From contig JBPGPT010000028.1 of assembly GCA_051047955.1 (NCBI GenBank), positions 124,001 through 188,000 of the forward strand: a stretch of DNA of 64,000 nt, read 5' to 3'. The notes under the pieces are model-generated. The model made no database searches. It saw only the letters and a list, made by a program, of their open reading frames with translations, and was not told the DNA's origin. Positions 14,995 to 27,424 of the stretch are shown piece after piece. This stretch comes from Cystobasidiomycetes sp. EMM_F5. Taxonomy: Eukaryota. Position 1 is the first letter of the stretch, and each line of letters begins with the position of its first letter. A program made the translations under genes and the position numbers.

Positions 14995-15405
14995 TTGGGA
15001 TATTATGAATTGTCAGCCGTCGAGGCAGGTGGAGCCCTCTCCTAGACGGACGAGGGTTTTGTTGCCCAGAGCACTCGACGTTCCTAAACTCCCTTGAAAA
15101 GTTCGCTCTGCGGCGAGTCCACGGCACCTCGCGTGATTCTGTAGGGTAGGCCATACGAGGTATGAGCCCAGAAAGCGAGGTATGGCAGAGGACTGCAGGT
15201 GCTTTTTTGATGGAAGAGAAGCCAACCTGGGTTGCAAGAAATCTTTGAAATTTCAATGACCTTGCAATTGATCGCGACTCGACTCCGACCAGAAGACTCG
15301 CGAGCAGGTGAGAACGATAACAGAACTGCTACTGATAGTCAAGTCGGCTGGCGGACCATTCTGGGCTCATTCTATGTCGACCTCGTCCAAGTAGCCCGTT
15401 ACAGT
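14995..15405 (+). ncRNA. Candidate structured non-coding RNA, family unassigned
   Basis: Intergenic segment with many complementary pairs, including a perfect 12-bp inverted repeat (15162-15173/15359-15370). G-U-compatible pairs favour the + strand. Confidence 0.3.
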
Positions 15406-15473
15406 ACATGGTGGAGAAACGTGAAACAATAGCGATACACGTAAAGGAAGCTGCTACAGACTTTGACGTGCTC

Positions 15474-18400
15474 CTATGGAGACATGTCCATATCATCGCT
15501 TTCAGGGTCCACCCTCCTCACGCCAGTGTCCTCAGCCTGGTCAGGACCGTTGTCGGCCACTGCTGGCTGAATGGCAGCACCCTCTTCGATGATGAGCTGG
15601 GCTGGAACGGAGGCGCTACCGGCTCCTTCCACCTCACTGTCGGGTATTGCTACGGTCTTTCCAGCGGCATCGTCCTGACCAGAAATTGCATCTTCAACGA
15701 TGTTGTCCTCATCGATGTTCTCCGCCACGGGGTCAGCCTCATCTGCGGACTGCAACCACTCCTCCCAGGCTTCCTTTCTCTGTGTACGCGCTTGTATTGC
15801 TTTTTCTTCATTAGGTTCTCCCAAAGTCGCCCGATAGATGACTTCCTCGGTGCCTTTGAGATACGATATTCTGTGTGACCCAGATATGCGTATCGCTAGC
15901 GTTGAACAGCCTTGGATCCTGCTTTGTTCTGCCTCCGTTTGTGATGTCAGAATTCTGCGATTTCTCGCGAGTAATGGTGCTTGAACTTCGTGGTCTAGCC
16001 CCTCCGTCGGCTGATCTAATGCGTAGGCGTCCACATAGTTGGCCCACTGGCTCGCAACGTTGTCATTGGCAGTTTCGATGGTAGGGTCGTCTGGGCCTAG
16101 TAACTGTATGGTCATGGATTTAGCAGAAGGTATCCATTCGATTCGGAACAAGTTCTCCTCGAGGCCGATGATCTCCTCGCAAGCATGCCGATACACCATT
16201 TGACCTCGTGCAGACGTCCGGGGTTGCTGCCTTTCCGCAGTAAGCAAGTCGATCAGCTGATGCGCGCGGGCGTCATGATTCAAAGAGTGTATCTAGTTGC
16301 GTTGTCCCATCAGTAAGGTGTCCTGGATCATTAGAAAGATCGATTGCATGCTTACGTGCTTAATGATGGAAGAAATTACGATTCCTACAGTGAAGAAGGG
16401 ATACGCCTTGATGCCCCACATGTACCGTAGATGTTCTTCAAAAGTATGCACGTCGACCTCTCCGTCAAAGAACTTTTCGCACATCTCCAGCATGTATTCG
16501 TAGAAAGTCGAACCGCGCGGTACGCCTTCTTCGTCAATATGCGGAACCGGGGTCGTGATGCCTAGCTTGACAGCAAAAGGACTTAATCGCGCAGGCGGGT
16601 TGCTGGCGGCCAGATCTGCTGCCAGCTGCTTGAGGGTTGCCAAGCGGTGATATAACAAGTGAAATAGGCGCATGAAGGAATAGAAGCCTTGGTGGCCGAA
16701 GAATACGTATCGACCACCGGTGGATTGGCTGAGGTCGCCTTGCTGCTGAGCTGAAGGAGAAGCATCTCCGCGATCTGGCGAAGGTAATGCTGTTTGTTTC
16801 TGCGTTGTCTTTGGCACTTCCTCCGATACAGGTGCTGGATAGGGTACAGGCCCGATAGGAATCCAAGTAGCTTCTTCAAGGCTAGGCAAGCCCGTGTCAG
16901 GCTTCTCCTGTTCACCATCGGTAGCCGTATCGCCTTTGCCATCATCGCCCTTGGCTCCATTGGCTGCGGCCGAGGTGAGGAGTTTCTTTCGCAAATCTCG
17001 CTTTGCGCCACCCTTTTTGCCGGCGAGAGGGACACTGCTATCGCTCGCGCTTCCCCCTCCGGCATCACTCAAGGCGCCTATTGCGTCTTCTTGCTCACTT
17101 TCTACGCCATTCTCCACTACTTCGGCGGCATCCTGATCGAAAACAATCGCTGGCGCAATATTCGATTCGACGTCAGTCTCGTCGATATTGAACAACAGAG
17201 GTACCAGCCTCCTCAGTGTTGCTTCGATTGATGCGCGGTCCTTCGAAGTATGCGAGGGAGTCGCTCGGTCGAGGAAAGACAAGATGAGCTTCATGACGTC
17301 AAAGATCACGCTTGTATCGTCCATTTGCATCTCGAATTGATGCGAAGGTCTCAGCGAGGTCTCCGAGATCATGATATCATCAGGGTTGTCTTTTTCTGAG
17401 CGGACAGCGATACGTTTCTGTTGCGCTTCTCGTTTGAGGGTTTCGATTTCCGAAAGCAGATGTTTGGAGGTGATGGTCTTCTTGTCGTTGGCTTTGAATG
17501 TCATGCCTTGGTGCTAGAAAAATATGATTGATGCAGATTTCGTGATCAGAGACAGCTGAACATGCGTTCAATACGACAACTTACGTCAAGACTCCGATAG
17601 AAATTCTTCGCGTCAACATCTCTCCAAACGCGATTCCATTCCCTCAGTGCCTTTCGCCACTCCTCGTCTTTTTGCTTTAGTCTCGCCAGAATAATGGGTG
17701 CTGCTATTGCCGGCGTCTCGTACAGTGCACCGAGCGCCTCCACTCCCTGATCCTTGCCGTAGATCTTCTTGATTGTCCGCTCGTAGAAGCTGCTCGATGG
17801 ACCCCCGAGACCTGGCTTCAGTCTAAAGGTAGAGCGCTCTTCGGCCGACATGAGCGAGATACGCGCAACGATCGGCTCGAGCAAGGCAATAGAACGAATG
17901 TTGGAATCGATGTTGTAGTCGTACCAGTGGCGCTGTCACGGGTAATACTCAGCACGGTCACGCCGGCTGAATCAAATGCTCTGTACGAACCTCCTGTTCG
18001 CTGCTTGCCAAGGCATCCTCGTAAGGATTCTTGCGATGCGCTCCTGAGCCTTCTGACGCCCAAGTAGCGAAAGCGACCCAGTCGTCATTTAGCACACTCC
18101 AGCAGAGAGCGTCGCGACCTGAACATGCAAGTCCCTTGGCCTCGCCGTACGGCAGCTTGCGATACGATGGTCCATAGCTCTTGAGGGCTGATAATTCGAC
18201 GCGTTCTCGATCCAAGGCGGGACTGAAGAGTCAGAAACATGTATCAGGAAGTGCTCAAGGGATGTGAGAACAGCACACTTACGCATTATCGATTGGCCAC
18301 TCTTCACCGGGCACGAAACCGTCCTGCTCCCCTACAAACTCCCTAAACGAGCCAAATATTTCGTCCGACCCGCCAATGTACAGAAAGGCCTTTTCGAGCA

Positions 18401-21400
18401 GCGTAGGCATATCGAGGAGTTCTTGGACGAACATGTTGAGCATCTTGAGGAATTCGTGATATGTCGGCTTGTCATCAATGTACTTTTTGATGCGGTCAAA
18501 CAGCACAAACTCATCAGTCGTCACGAGTGGCTGGGCTTGCCCGCGAGGTCCGTGCGGTCTCGGGAAAGCTGGCAATGTGACTGGCTGCAGGAAGGGCTGT
18601 GGCGCGAGGAGCTGTTGACCGTTAGCAGCCGCAGAGCCAGCGCCTGGCAATGCACCTGACGCGTTGACCGGTATACCGTTGCTATAGCCATTCATGCCCG
18701 GATGCAGAGGTGCGGCGACTAAATCTTCCATTTCGTCGTCCTGTCCGGCATGCCCAAGCTTGCCCTTCTTTGCCTGTTTTATACAGCTTCAGCGCGCTTC
18801 CTTTCATGAGCTGCATAGACCTTTGCAACCTACCCTAGCTTTATCTTGAGCACTTGCAACACTCTGTCCTGTATTCTGACGTTTCTTGCTCCTTCCAGAC
18901 GGGGGCTGCCATTCTTCATCAGCGTACTTTTCCTGAAACTGATGCTGAGAGGACGACGGCTGTTGATTGTAATAGCCTTGCTGAGTCATTCCCTGCGTCG
19001 TTGAATGCTGGTTGTGACCTTGTTCTCTATCCGTGTATGCAGAACTTCCAGGAATGCCACTCGTTCGTCGTGACGCTGCTGCTGCCGCAGCTGCCGCTTC
19101 TTTCTCTCTCACAGCTTGTCGTGCGTGAGCGGCATAAGCAGCAGCACGCTCTTCCTCATCCGATAATTCCTCTGGGAAATCAGTAGGTTGCATCCACGCA
19201 CCGCGGTAAGGCTGGATATGGTTCGCCGGTAGTCGCCCGTCTCTCTGTTTCACTTGACGGGCTGTAGATGCTCCGGCTGGTCTGTGTGGGGCAGCTCGTG
19301 AGTACGGCTGCGACTGCTCAACCCGACTTGCAGCAGGGTGGTGAGCAGAGGAAGCGGGCCCATGTTGATGATGCGCTTGTGCATGCTGCCCCTGAAGAGC
19401 ACTGTGCTGGGCCTGTGTAGTTCCGCTTGGGCCTACCATCGGACCCACGCCAAAAAGCGAGGTAGTTGACCCAATGCGGGCGTTCCTGTTCGCGGGCTGT
19501 GATGCCATGGTTTGAGTTGTCGCATGTGGGGCAGTATGAGGGGTTGCCACCGAAGCCTGTGTCGGACCTTGACCTACGCTTCCTGCAGCGGCCGTACCAT
19601 CTGGCGCGCCCGATTCTTGTGAATTGCTGTTATCCGGCAAAAACTCTTTAAACTCTTCCAACAAGTCCGGGGCGTCCTGAAAGAGGATTGTAACCTGGGC
19701 ATAGACATCCTGAATCGCTCGCTGCTCCTTTTGGTACGTCTGTAGAATCTCAAGAAAGGCCTTGTACGTATCTGGACGTCGATTGAAGCGATGCTTGATC
19801 TTGTTTACGAAATTGATGGCGTGGTTGAATTCGGCGGGTTGGCGTTGGGCGATGTTGGAGGCGTTACTGGGTGCGCCAGTTCCTGCAGTGTTGGACCCAG
19901 CAGTACCGGTTGGCGTACCTGTTGCACTTCCAGCTGTACCCGTGACAGGCGCGGCAGACGCCGAACGGACTGCCGTTCCGGTTGAGACATGGGAAGGAAT
20001 GGCATTGTTGGAGCCTGGTCTACTGCCCGCACCGGGGTGTGAGGATGCAGTCGCGTCCGCTCTTGTCGTAGTAGCTTGGTTGAGTGCGCCAGAGGATGCA
20101 CTGGTACTTGCTGCAGCTGTCGTGCCGGGCGCTGGCCGTCTAGCTGCATTCAAAGAAGATTGTGTGGTCGTACTCTGTGCAGCAGAAGGGACACTTCCAG
20201 CTTGAGTTCTCGCGTTCCCAACGACCGGATGTGAAGGAATGGCAGCAGAGACGTTGACTCCACCTCCCAGCGGTGTCGGCGTGCCCCTCTGTGCACTACT
20301 CGCATTTCCACCAGGATTTGCATTCGCAGCCGCAGCCGAAGCAGCCGCTACAGACTGCTGCCACCAGTTTGAGCTGCCGCCTAGGTGAGGTCCGTTCGTG
20401 GCTGGGGCAGGCGGCATGTGCGCATTCACACTCCGTAAATCTCGACGAGTTACCCCTGTCGGAGTCGTTACTGTAATCAGACCTGCTTCTGCGGGATCCA
20501 TGGAACAGTCTATCCGGAATCCTGGAGGGAGGAAGGTATTGAAGCCTGTGGGAGAGCATGAGGGTAGATGGGACAGAGCAGAGCATCGAGGGAGGGTAAA
20601 TGAGAAGAACGAGGAGAGCGTCATCGGAATTAACGATGTGGGAGAGCATGAGGGTAAATGGGGAATGTGGAGAACGTCGTGCGAGAGATCAAGGGTAGAT
20701 GTAAAGAAGAGCAGAGCATCGAGGGAGGGTGAATGAGAAGAGCGAGGGGAGCGTCATCGGAGATAACAAGCATAACGAGAAGACAAAACCAAGATGTCAC
20801 ATTCGCGTTTGCATTATACATGGGCAATGTATCGCATACCGGATCCGGTGGCGGCGGTAAGCGAGTTGAATGGAATGATATCAAAGAGAGGGAGTATTGC
20901 CATCAGCATGCATCTCTACACCGCGTGCTGCCGTCAATAGTCTCCACACCCACCCTGGATGAGCGTCGGATGGCCTTGAAAGAGGGTGGATACCCGGTCA
21001 ATGACGCCTGGCGTGTCGATGCTGCAAGCACGAGCGGTACATTGTCAGAGTAATCAGCACGTCGTCAGTCGGCAGTACGCCGTGTCGTGGTATTCAGCTG
21101 CCCACTTTTGCGTCTTGAAGTCCTTCCTGTATGCATCAAGGACACCCCGATCCAAATGCAAATGCAATATACCATCAGCCTCGCTACACTCTCCACCTCC
21201 AATCCACATCCCCACCCACATTATATCCAAGAACCTGTTGTATATGCCCGGGTTTCGTGTAAACTGATTCTTGACCTGGTCGAGGTAGCTGAGGGCTGCA
21301 TGAAACAATATGGATATGCCGTGAGCTGATTGTAATTGTAATTACAATAGTCTGCCTCTCTTTGTTAAATACCCACCATCCTTGACGTTCAATGGCCTGT

Positions 21401-21506
21401 AGCCGTCCCCGTTGCTCGCCGTCCCACTGCTCGCCGTTCCTGCAGCTGTCGAGGCCGTCGTCGCTGCAGCCCTCTGCTGGCTGCCAGCCTGACCAGCCGT
21501 CGACAT
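15474..21506 (-). CDS. SIN3: Sin3 histone deacetylase complex scaffold
   Basis: PAH1 ([17 protein letters not shown]...[12 protein letters not shown], spliced), PAH2 ([16 protein letters not shown]), PAH3 ([11 protein letters not shown]), HID region ([43 protein letters not shown]) and a Sin3_C-type tail. Confidence 0.95.
20548..20761. repeat. Imperfect tandem duplication (~90-125 nt units) inside SIN3 intron 4
   Basis: gtgggagagcatgagggta occurs at 20548 and 20638. gagcagagcatcgagggagggtRaatgagaagaRcgaggRgagcgtcatcgga occurs twice (~20576 and ~20709). Confidence 0.85.
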
Positions 21507-21540
21507 TGTTGTTGAAAAGCAGTAATTGCTCGTTGTTGGT

Positions 21541-21590
21541 GTGGATTAGAAGTGGATTGATTGGATTGGATTGGAATTGAATTGGATAGT
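21541..21590. repeat. (ATTGG)n-like microsatellite giving four CCAAT boxes in the SIN3/CPS1 divergent spacer
   Basis: ATTGG at 21560, 21565, 21570 and 21581. Confidence 0.6.
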
Positions 21591-21643
21591 GATTTAGATT
21601 ACAATGGACGGCTCTCTCTCTCGCCAACAACGACAACACCACC

Positions 21644-23689
21644 ATGCCTCAGATTATGATTGAAAAGGACGCAGAGAAGCTCAGCACGGACACTCGTAAA
21701 CAGCCCAGGAAGCAGTGGGCTCATCGGGCAGCAGTCGGGGTAGTATCGCTCCTCACCGCAGCGTACCATCTATCGCACTATGGCTATGGCACTCGCTCAT
21801 CATCACTTATATCGCCCCTCGAAGCGACGACATGTCCAGCTCAGGTGGATCCATTGATCCCATCGTTGCCTTTCACTATCGACTTGACGGCATACAGAAA
21901 CTACTCGGCCTCGCTCCTGTCGCAAGCAGTACAGCACCGCACAGTCTCGTACGACGACAACGGGAGTGTCCAAGACGATGACCGCTGGGAGCCCTTCTTT
22001 GGATTCCACGAATGGCTCGGGGAGACCTTTAAAGACGTCCTCCAGAACGAGGCAGTCGCCGTGACAAAGGTCAACACGCTCGGATTTCTCACGGAATGGA
22101 GGGGAAGCGACGAGGGTTTGAAACCGTTGATGCTCATGTCGCATTTGGATGTAGTGCCGGTCGAGGAGAAAACCGTGGATAGATGGACACATCCCCCGTT
22201 CAGTGGGCACAACGACGGCAAGTACATTTGGGGACGAGGAGCCGCAGATGACAAGACGTGAGGTATTCATTCGTCGACCACTCAAGGTTTGTGCTGATGG
22301 TTCAACGCAGCCTGCTCGTCGCACAATACGAAGCACTCTCACTCCTCCTCAAAGCAGGCTTCACACCCCGCCGAACAATCATTCTCGCACACGGGTTCGA
22401 CGAAGAAGAAGTAAATGCTCGTCAAGGCGCAGGCGAACTATCCAAATACCTCCTCGAAAAATACGGACAAGACAGCATGCTCCTCATCGTCGACGAGGGT
22501 TCGTCAGCCGTCGAGCTGTTTGGTACGGCATTCGCTGCACCTGCAACCAGCGAGAAGGGCTACCTCGACGTCCAGATTACAGTAGCAACGCCAGGAGGGC
22601 ATTCTTCAGTTCCCCCTCCACACTCGGGAATCGGGATAATGGCACAGGTCGTCAATGCCGTAGAAGCGAATCCATACGACGTGAGCTTTGATGGCCCGAC
22701 AGACCCGATTGCACAGTTTGTCATGTGCGCCAAAGAACACGGAAAGAGTATACCGAAGGAATGGCAGAAGGCATTGGGTGCAGCCAGTGACAAGGCGTGT
22801 GGTTGGCACGCGGTTGGTAAAGGCAGACACGGTAAACACGACAAGCATGGAAAGCATGGAAAGCACGGCAAGCACGGAAAGAGAGGTAAAGGCGTAAACT
22901 GGAATAGTGTAACCAATCTGTTCGCCGCAAGGAGTCTGGCAAGTCGTGGTGAGCTGGTATCCATCAAGCGCGTCGGGGTTACTCAAGCTGATCGCACTTA
23001 CTCGTGACGTGCCCAGCACTCATCACTACCACACAAGCAGTGGATGTCATTCGAGGCGGAGTAAAGGTCAACGCCTTGCCAGAACACGTCACTCTTCTCA
23101 TGTAAGCTGCAACAGCGTGTCACGCTTGTAATCTCGCTGACGCAATCTGCCTTTCAACAGCAACCATCGCATCGCCTTTTCATCCTCTGTAGCAGCCACG
23201 CAGGAGCATCTTTCAAAGGTCATTGCCCCAGTCGCCAAGAAGCATGCTCTTTCATTCTACCCCTTCAATGCTTCGAGCGCGTCCAATACAAGCCTAGGAA
23301 ACGCGTACATCAAGATTGACGTCTTCGGTATCCCTCTTGAACCCGCTCCTCGTTCTCCGACCAGCGGTCCAGTATGGGATCTATTTGCAGGAACGATCAG
23401 ACACGTCCATCGATTACCGAGCATCAATACATTGTCAGAAGGCGGAGAACTAGGCGAACCGTACATCGTCACGCCATTCGCTTCAACCGGCAACACTGAT
23501 ACCAAAGTTTATCATGGTTTGTCGAAGCACATCTACAGATACATGGGAAGCCCGTTGCCCGAGGATAAAGGAGAAGATGGATTGAGTAACGCTCACACGG
23601 TCAATGAGAAGGCGTCAATCAGTGCACACATCAAGATTGTCGAGTGGATCTATACGCTAGTGCAGAACGCTGATACGTTTGAGCAGTAA
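21644..23689 (+). CDS. CPS1: Gly-Xaa carboxypeptidase S-like M20 metallopeptidase (paralog B, 3 introns)
   Basis: TM anchor, CPAQV, SHLDVVP, WGRGAADDK, GFDEE, VDEG, EKGYLD, GGHSS, GGVKVNALPE, GNTDT and HTVNE. Carries a (GKH)n insert. Confidence 0.9.
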
Positions 23690-23929
23690 TCACACAGCAG
23701 TGATAAGGCACTGGACCTTCTGATGATGGGATATGGAGTGCGTGTAGCCTAGGCCTAGGTGCGAAAACAGTTGCATGAAGTACACCTCAGTCTAAAGTTC
23801 TAGTACACGTGTAATACCCCATGAATCCCTTCGCGCAACTAAGCCTGAGTCTGTTACCCCTCCCGTATATTCTCAAGATCTACTGGCAAGCTGACCGCCA
23901 CAAAAGGTCAATAATTATGTTTACGACGT

Positions 23930-25320
23930 CTAAGCATTGAAGCGTGGGAGAGGACTGAGTTCAACTTCTTCAGCCTTTGCAGGCGCTGCGGGTCGGATGT
24001 GGACAATCTTGTTGCCCGTTGTGCTCGTTCCAAGCGTTATTGTATCGAGTCGCTTCGCAAAGCGATCTTCGTCCCGCAGACTGAGCGTAATTCGCAAAGT
24101 CAGCAGAACCGCCCCGGCAGAAGTGCTGCAAGAGAAAGCGAGCTCAGTGTCATGTCTCTACCGGTCGACTATTGCAATACTGACACGAAGGCGGTGTCTC
24201 CTTGCGAGCCATCATTCCCGGTGTGTGTTGACACGTATGCGCTGTTCATCAAAAAATCAGCTTCAGCGATCGTAATGCAGCGAAAGGATGCCTCACATGT
24301 TGACGGCGTACTGATGGTTCGAATGCATGCTCAGAATGGCACTGATGATGATGCAGCCGACTTACCAAAATTAACGTCAGCCCAAGATAGCCTAATGAAT
24401 CCTTCGATATGATTTCGGCTATTGAGCGCATCGAAACACTCTTCTGAGCTCTCCAGATGGGCATGCACTTCCATAAAATCAGGACGGTGATGACCATGTC
24501 AAAGAAAATGAAACCGATAGCCTCCGAGATGATTGCCCATCCGTGTGGATTGCCTCCTTGTATTGCGCAGGGGCCATGTGATCTTATGAAGGGAGCCACT
24601 GTTGCGTACTTCTCAGTATGGAAGTGCTAAGTACCACCTGGACCTTTACACGTACCTCCGCTGGTGTCGGTGATCGTATACACACGCACACCGATAGAAC
24701 TCAGGACAGGAAAGACCAGAAACGGAATGATGCGTTTATTGCGACCCCAAACTGAGTACGCTCTCAGACACAGCAAAGCCTGGGCTGGGTGGATCTAGAC
24801 GACTCGTCAGACCGGCTCCCGATATGCTGAAGCGACTGGAACTAACGACAAAGAATGGAACGATCGGCACGAGCCACCTTCCATATTTTTCGCAAGCCGG
24901 TAAACTCCACTTTGCAAAGAACAAACAGCACTGCGATGGGATGACAGCGTTAGTGAAGATCTCGCATGAAGTGATTGGCATTCACATAAATGATCTCCGC
25001 ACTGAACAGTGCGTAGCGAACCCATATGTAGAGCCCTAGTGAATAAGAGACTCAGTACCACACCTCTGTAGTAGTCACGCTTAGGTACACTTTGAGATGC
25101 TTCGCGGTGCTTTCCAGATCAATTGCCGTTCAGTAGGCAGCAGGTGAAGAGTCTCATAAATTACCACAGCTGAAATCGAGGCCAATAGCAAATCGTTTCT
25201 GGCGAATGCGGACGATATCTGCGTGACGGCAGCTTGGATCTTGGCCTGCACAGCAGGATCCAGCTGAGCAAAAGTGGTGCGCTGCGTAAGTGCCTGTAGA
25301 GTAGCGGAATCTCCACTCAT
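23930..25320 (-). CDS. DUF6533-like multi-pass membrane protein, tandem copy 1
   Basis: IYETLHLLPTERQLIWKAPRSISK, LRAYSVWGR, FDMVITVLILWK, IISKDSLGY and LLTLRITLSLR. Paralogous to copies 2 and 3. Confidence 0.7.
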
Positions 25321-26091
25321 CGTGGGCTGATGGGATCAGAATGGGCGAATAGAAAGAGATTACGAAGAATGTCGCATTCTTTCAGTCTCACGGCACCGCA
25401 CCAAAATAGCATTCCGGCCGCACGATGCGTACGGGACGATTCCGCGAGAAGAGCCGGCCCTGCCTAGAAGTTAGCGGTGATGATGCGCCCCTCGTTACTG
25501 CGATTCGGGTGTAGATTAGCTTGGGCTTCAGCGTCAGATTTGGTATGGAAGTGCTCCGAGAGCGTAACTCGTGCGTGGACGCGGCTAACAGCCAGCCGCC
25601 GTTTCGTTGAGTGTGATATCAGTACAAGCGATATGCAACGCCCAGCTGCTCGTCAGTTGCTTAAAGTCAGGATATGTCGGCCGCCTGAACTTGAAGCACC
25701 ATGTCGACAAAGTAAATTGCCAGACAACAGCGTCGATACAGGGCAGAGAGTGTTGCATACATACGCATGATGTCCTTGGATGGGCTGCCTCGCATTCTGT
25801 GATTGCTGGCCGAGTTGGTGCAAGTTCGAAATGCAACAGGATATAGTCGTTAGGACCCGACAACTCGTACGATAGCATGACTGGAAAGGATAGACCTGCT
25901 ACACGATGGCAATACATATCTGAACCTTACAAAACGCTTGCTTCAGGCCCGAACGCGTTCAAGATCCTTGCGGAGATATCCTCAGTCCCGCTATGCCCCC
26001 AACTTGTCGTAATACCTAAGAGCAGGTGATGCATCTCTCGTCACTGATACGTCAAGCAAACCACTGAATGTTGTCCTCTTTCGGTCGCATA

Positions 26092-27424
26092 TCACGGGGC
26101 GAGATTGTTTGGGGAACGATAAATGGCGTGCATCTCGAGCATTCCCGTGTGCGTCTTCGATAGTCCCCAATTGGCAGTCCCGCCGAAAGTCTCGGTATCC
26201 AAATCTCTCATGAACCTTTCCTCCGAGTGTAGATTGAGTGTGATTCTTAGCGTCATAAGGATCTGAAGAGTTGCCGACACCTAAAACTGCTGCTTAGCCT
26301 TGGGTTTCTACTTCTAATGCGGCAGCCTTACCCATGCCAAGTCAGCTTTTCTTTCTGGTTCTTGCTGCAGATAGGTGTAACAGCTACACTCATGCTCAGC
26401 ACAACGGCGTTGAGCAGGAAGTAAAGTGTCTCACATGTGAATAATGTATAGTATGATCAGAGAAACCCAGTATATGCACGAGTCCCTCATGAGAAGGGTG
26501 GGAAGTCCCGACAGTCCAAGCGATCTTTGAGATGACCAGAGCTTGTACGTTTGATACAGGATGAGGGACGAGACGACCAGATCATATGCTGCATAGGAGA
26601 TTTCGAGCAGGACCTTTGTATGAAAGTCATTACAGTAGATAAGTCAACACCGGCCGCTGAGCCAATCATCCTGTGAAAAGTCATCCTCACTAGGTTCAAC
26701 CCCAAATCACCAGATGTGATCAACAAACACGGACCAGTATCGCGCAGCATGGGTGCGACTATACAATCATTAGCGTGCATCGAGTCGGTCGCGACGAAAG
26801 ACTCACCTGATTTAACCATTGTAATCGTGTAGATATGGCTGGCTAAAGTAAACATCCAGGGAAAAGCAACGACGACAATCACCCATCGCGCTCGCTCCCA
26901 CAAGGCCCACGCTCGAAGAGCCAACAACAATTGACTAAAAGGGACCTGACAATATGTTTCGTCAGTAGCTGGCTTGACATCTGCTCCCGAGTTGCGTACC
27001 ACAAATACAGGCATGATGGGGATGAGGAAGCGGTTTTTGTAGCAGGAAGACGGCGACCATGCTCCATACATCATTGCTACGTAGCAACACTCCGTGATCA
27101 AAAACATGTAGCGAGTGTAAATGTACAGATACTGAGAGTAGAAACGAGTCAGGTGATGCTTCACAACGTTGAGACTGCCTGCCAGCTTACCTTTCCCCAA
27201 CTTCGTCGCGCCGACCAGATCTCTCTGCGCTCAGCTGGCAGCGACCATACCGCATCGGAAAGCACGATCGCAAAAACACAGCTCAAAATCAGGGTATTCC
27301 GTCCGATGGCTACGTCCAGCTGCCGGACGGCTCCGAGAACGAAGGCTTTCGCGCTTGGATCTAGCTGAGTGAAAGTGTCCCTATTGGTGAGTAAACGAAG
27401 CGTGTCGGCATCGGAAGCGCTCAT
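26092..27424 (-). CDS. DUF6533-like multi-pass membrane protein, tandem copy 2
   Basis: LSDAVWSLPAERREIWSARRSWGK, LYIYTRY, LRAWALWER and LMTLRITLNLH. Confidence 0.7.

Noticed and set aside
15080..15095. TTCCTAAACTCCCT as a telomerase template or snR30 m1 motif
   Set aside because: Only a 3-nt terminal redundancy, not a CCCTAA-type template, and no snR30 m2 motif (AAACCAT) nearby.
20838..20849. Perfect 12-bp palindromes ACCGGATCCGGT (here) and CCTAGGCCTAGG (23748-23759)
   Set aside because: Several 12-bp palindromes are expected by chance in 64 kb.
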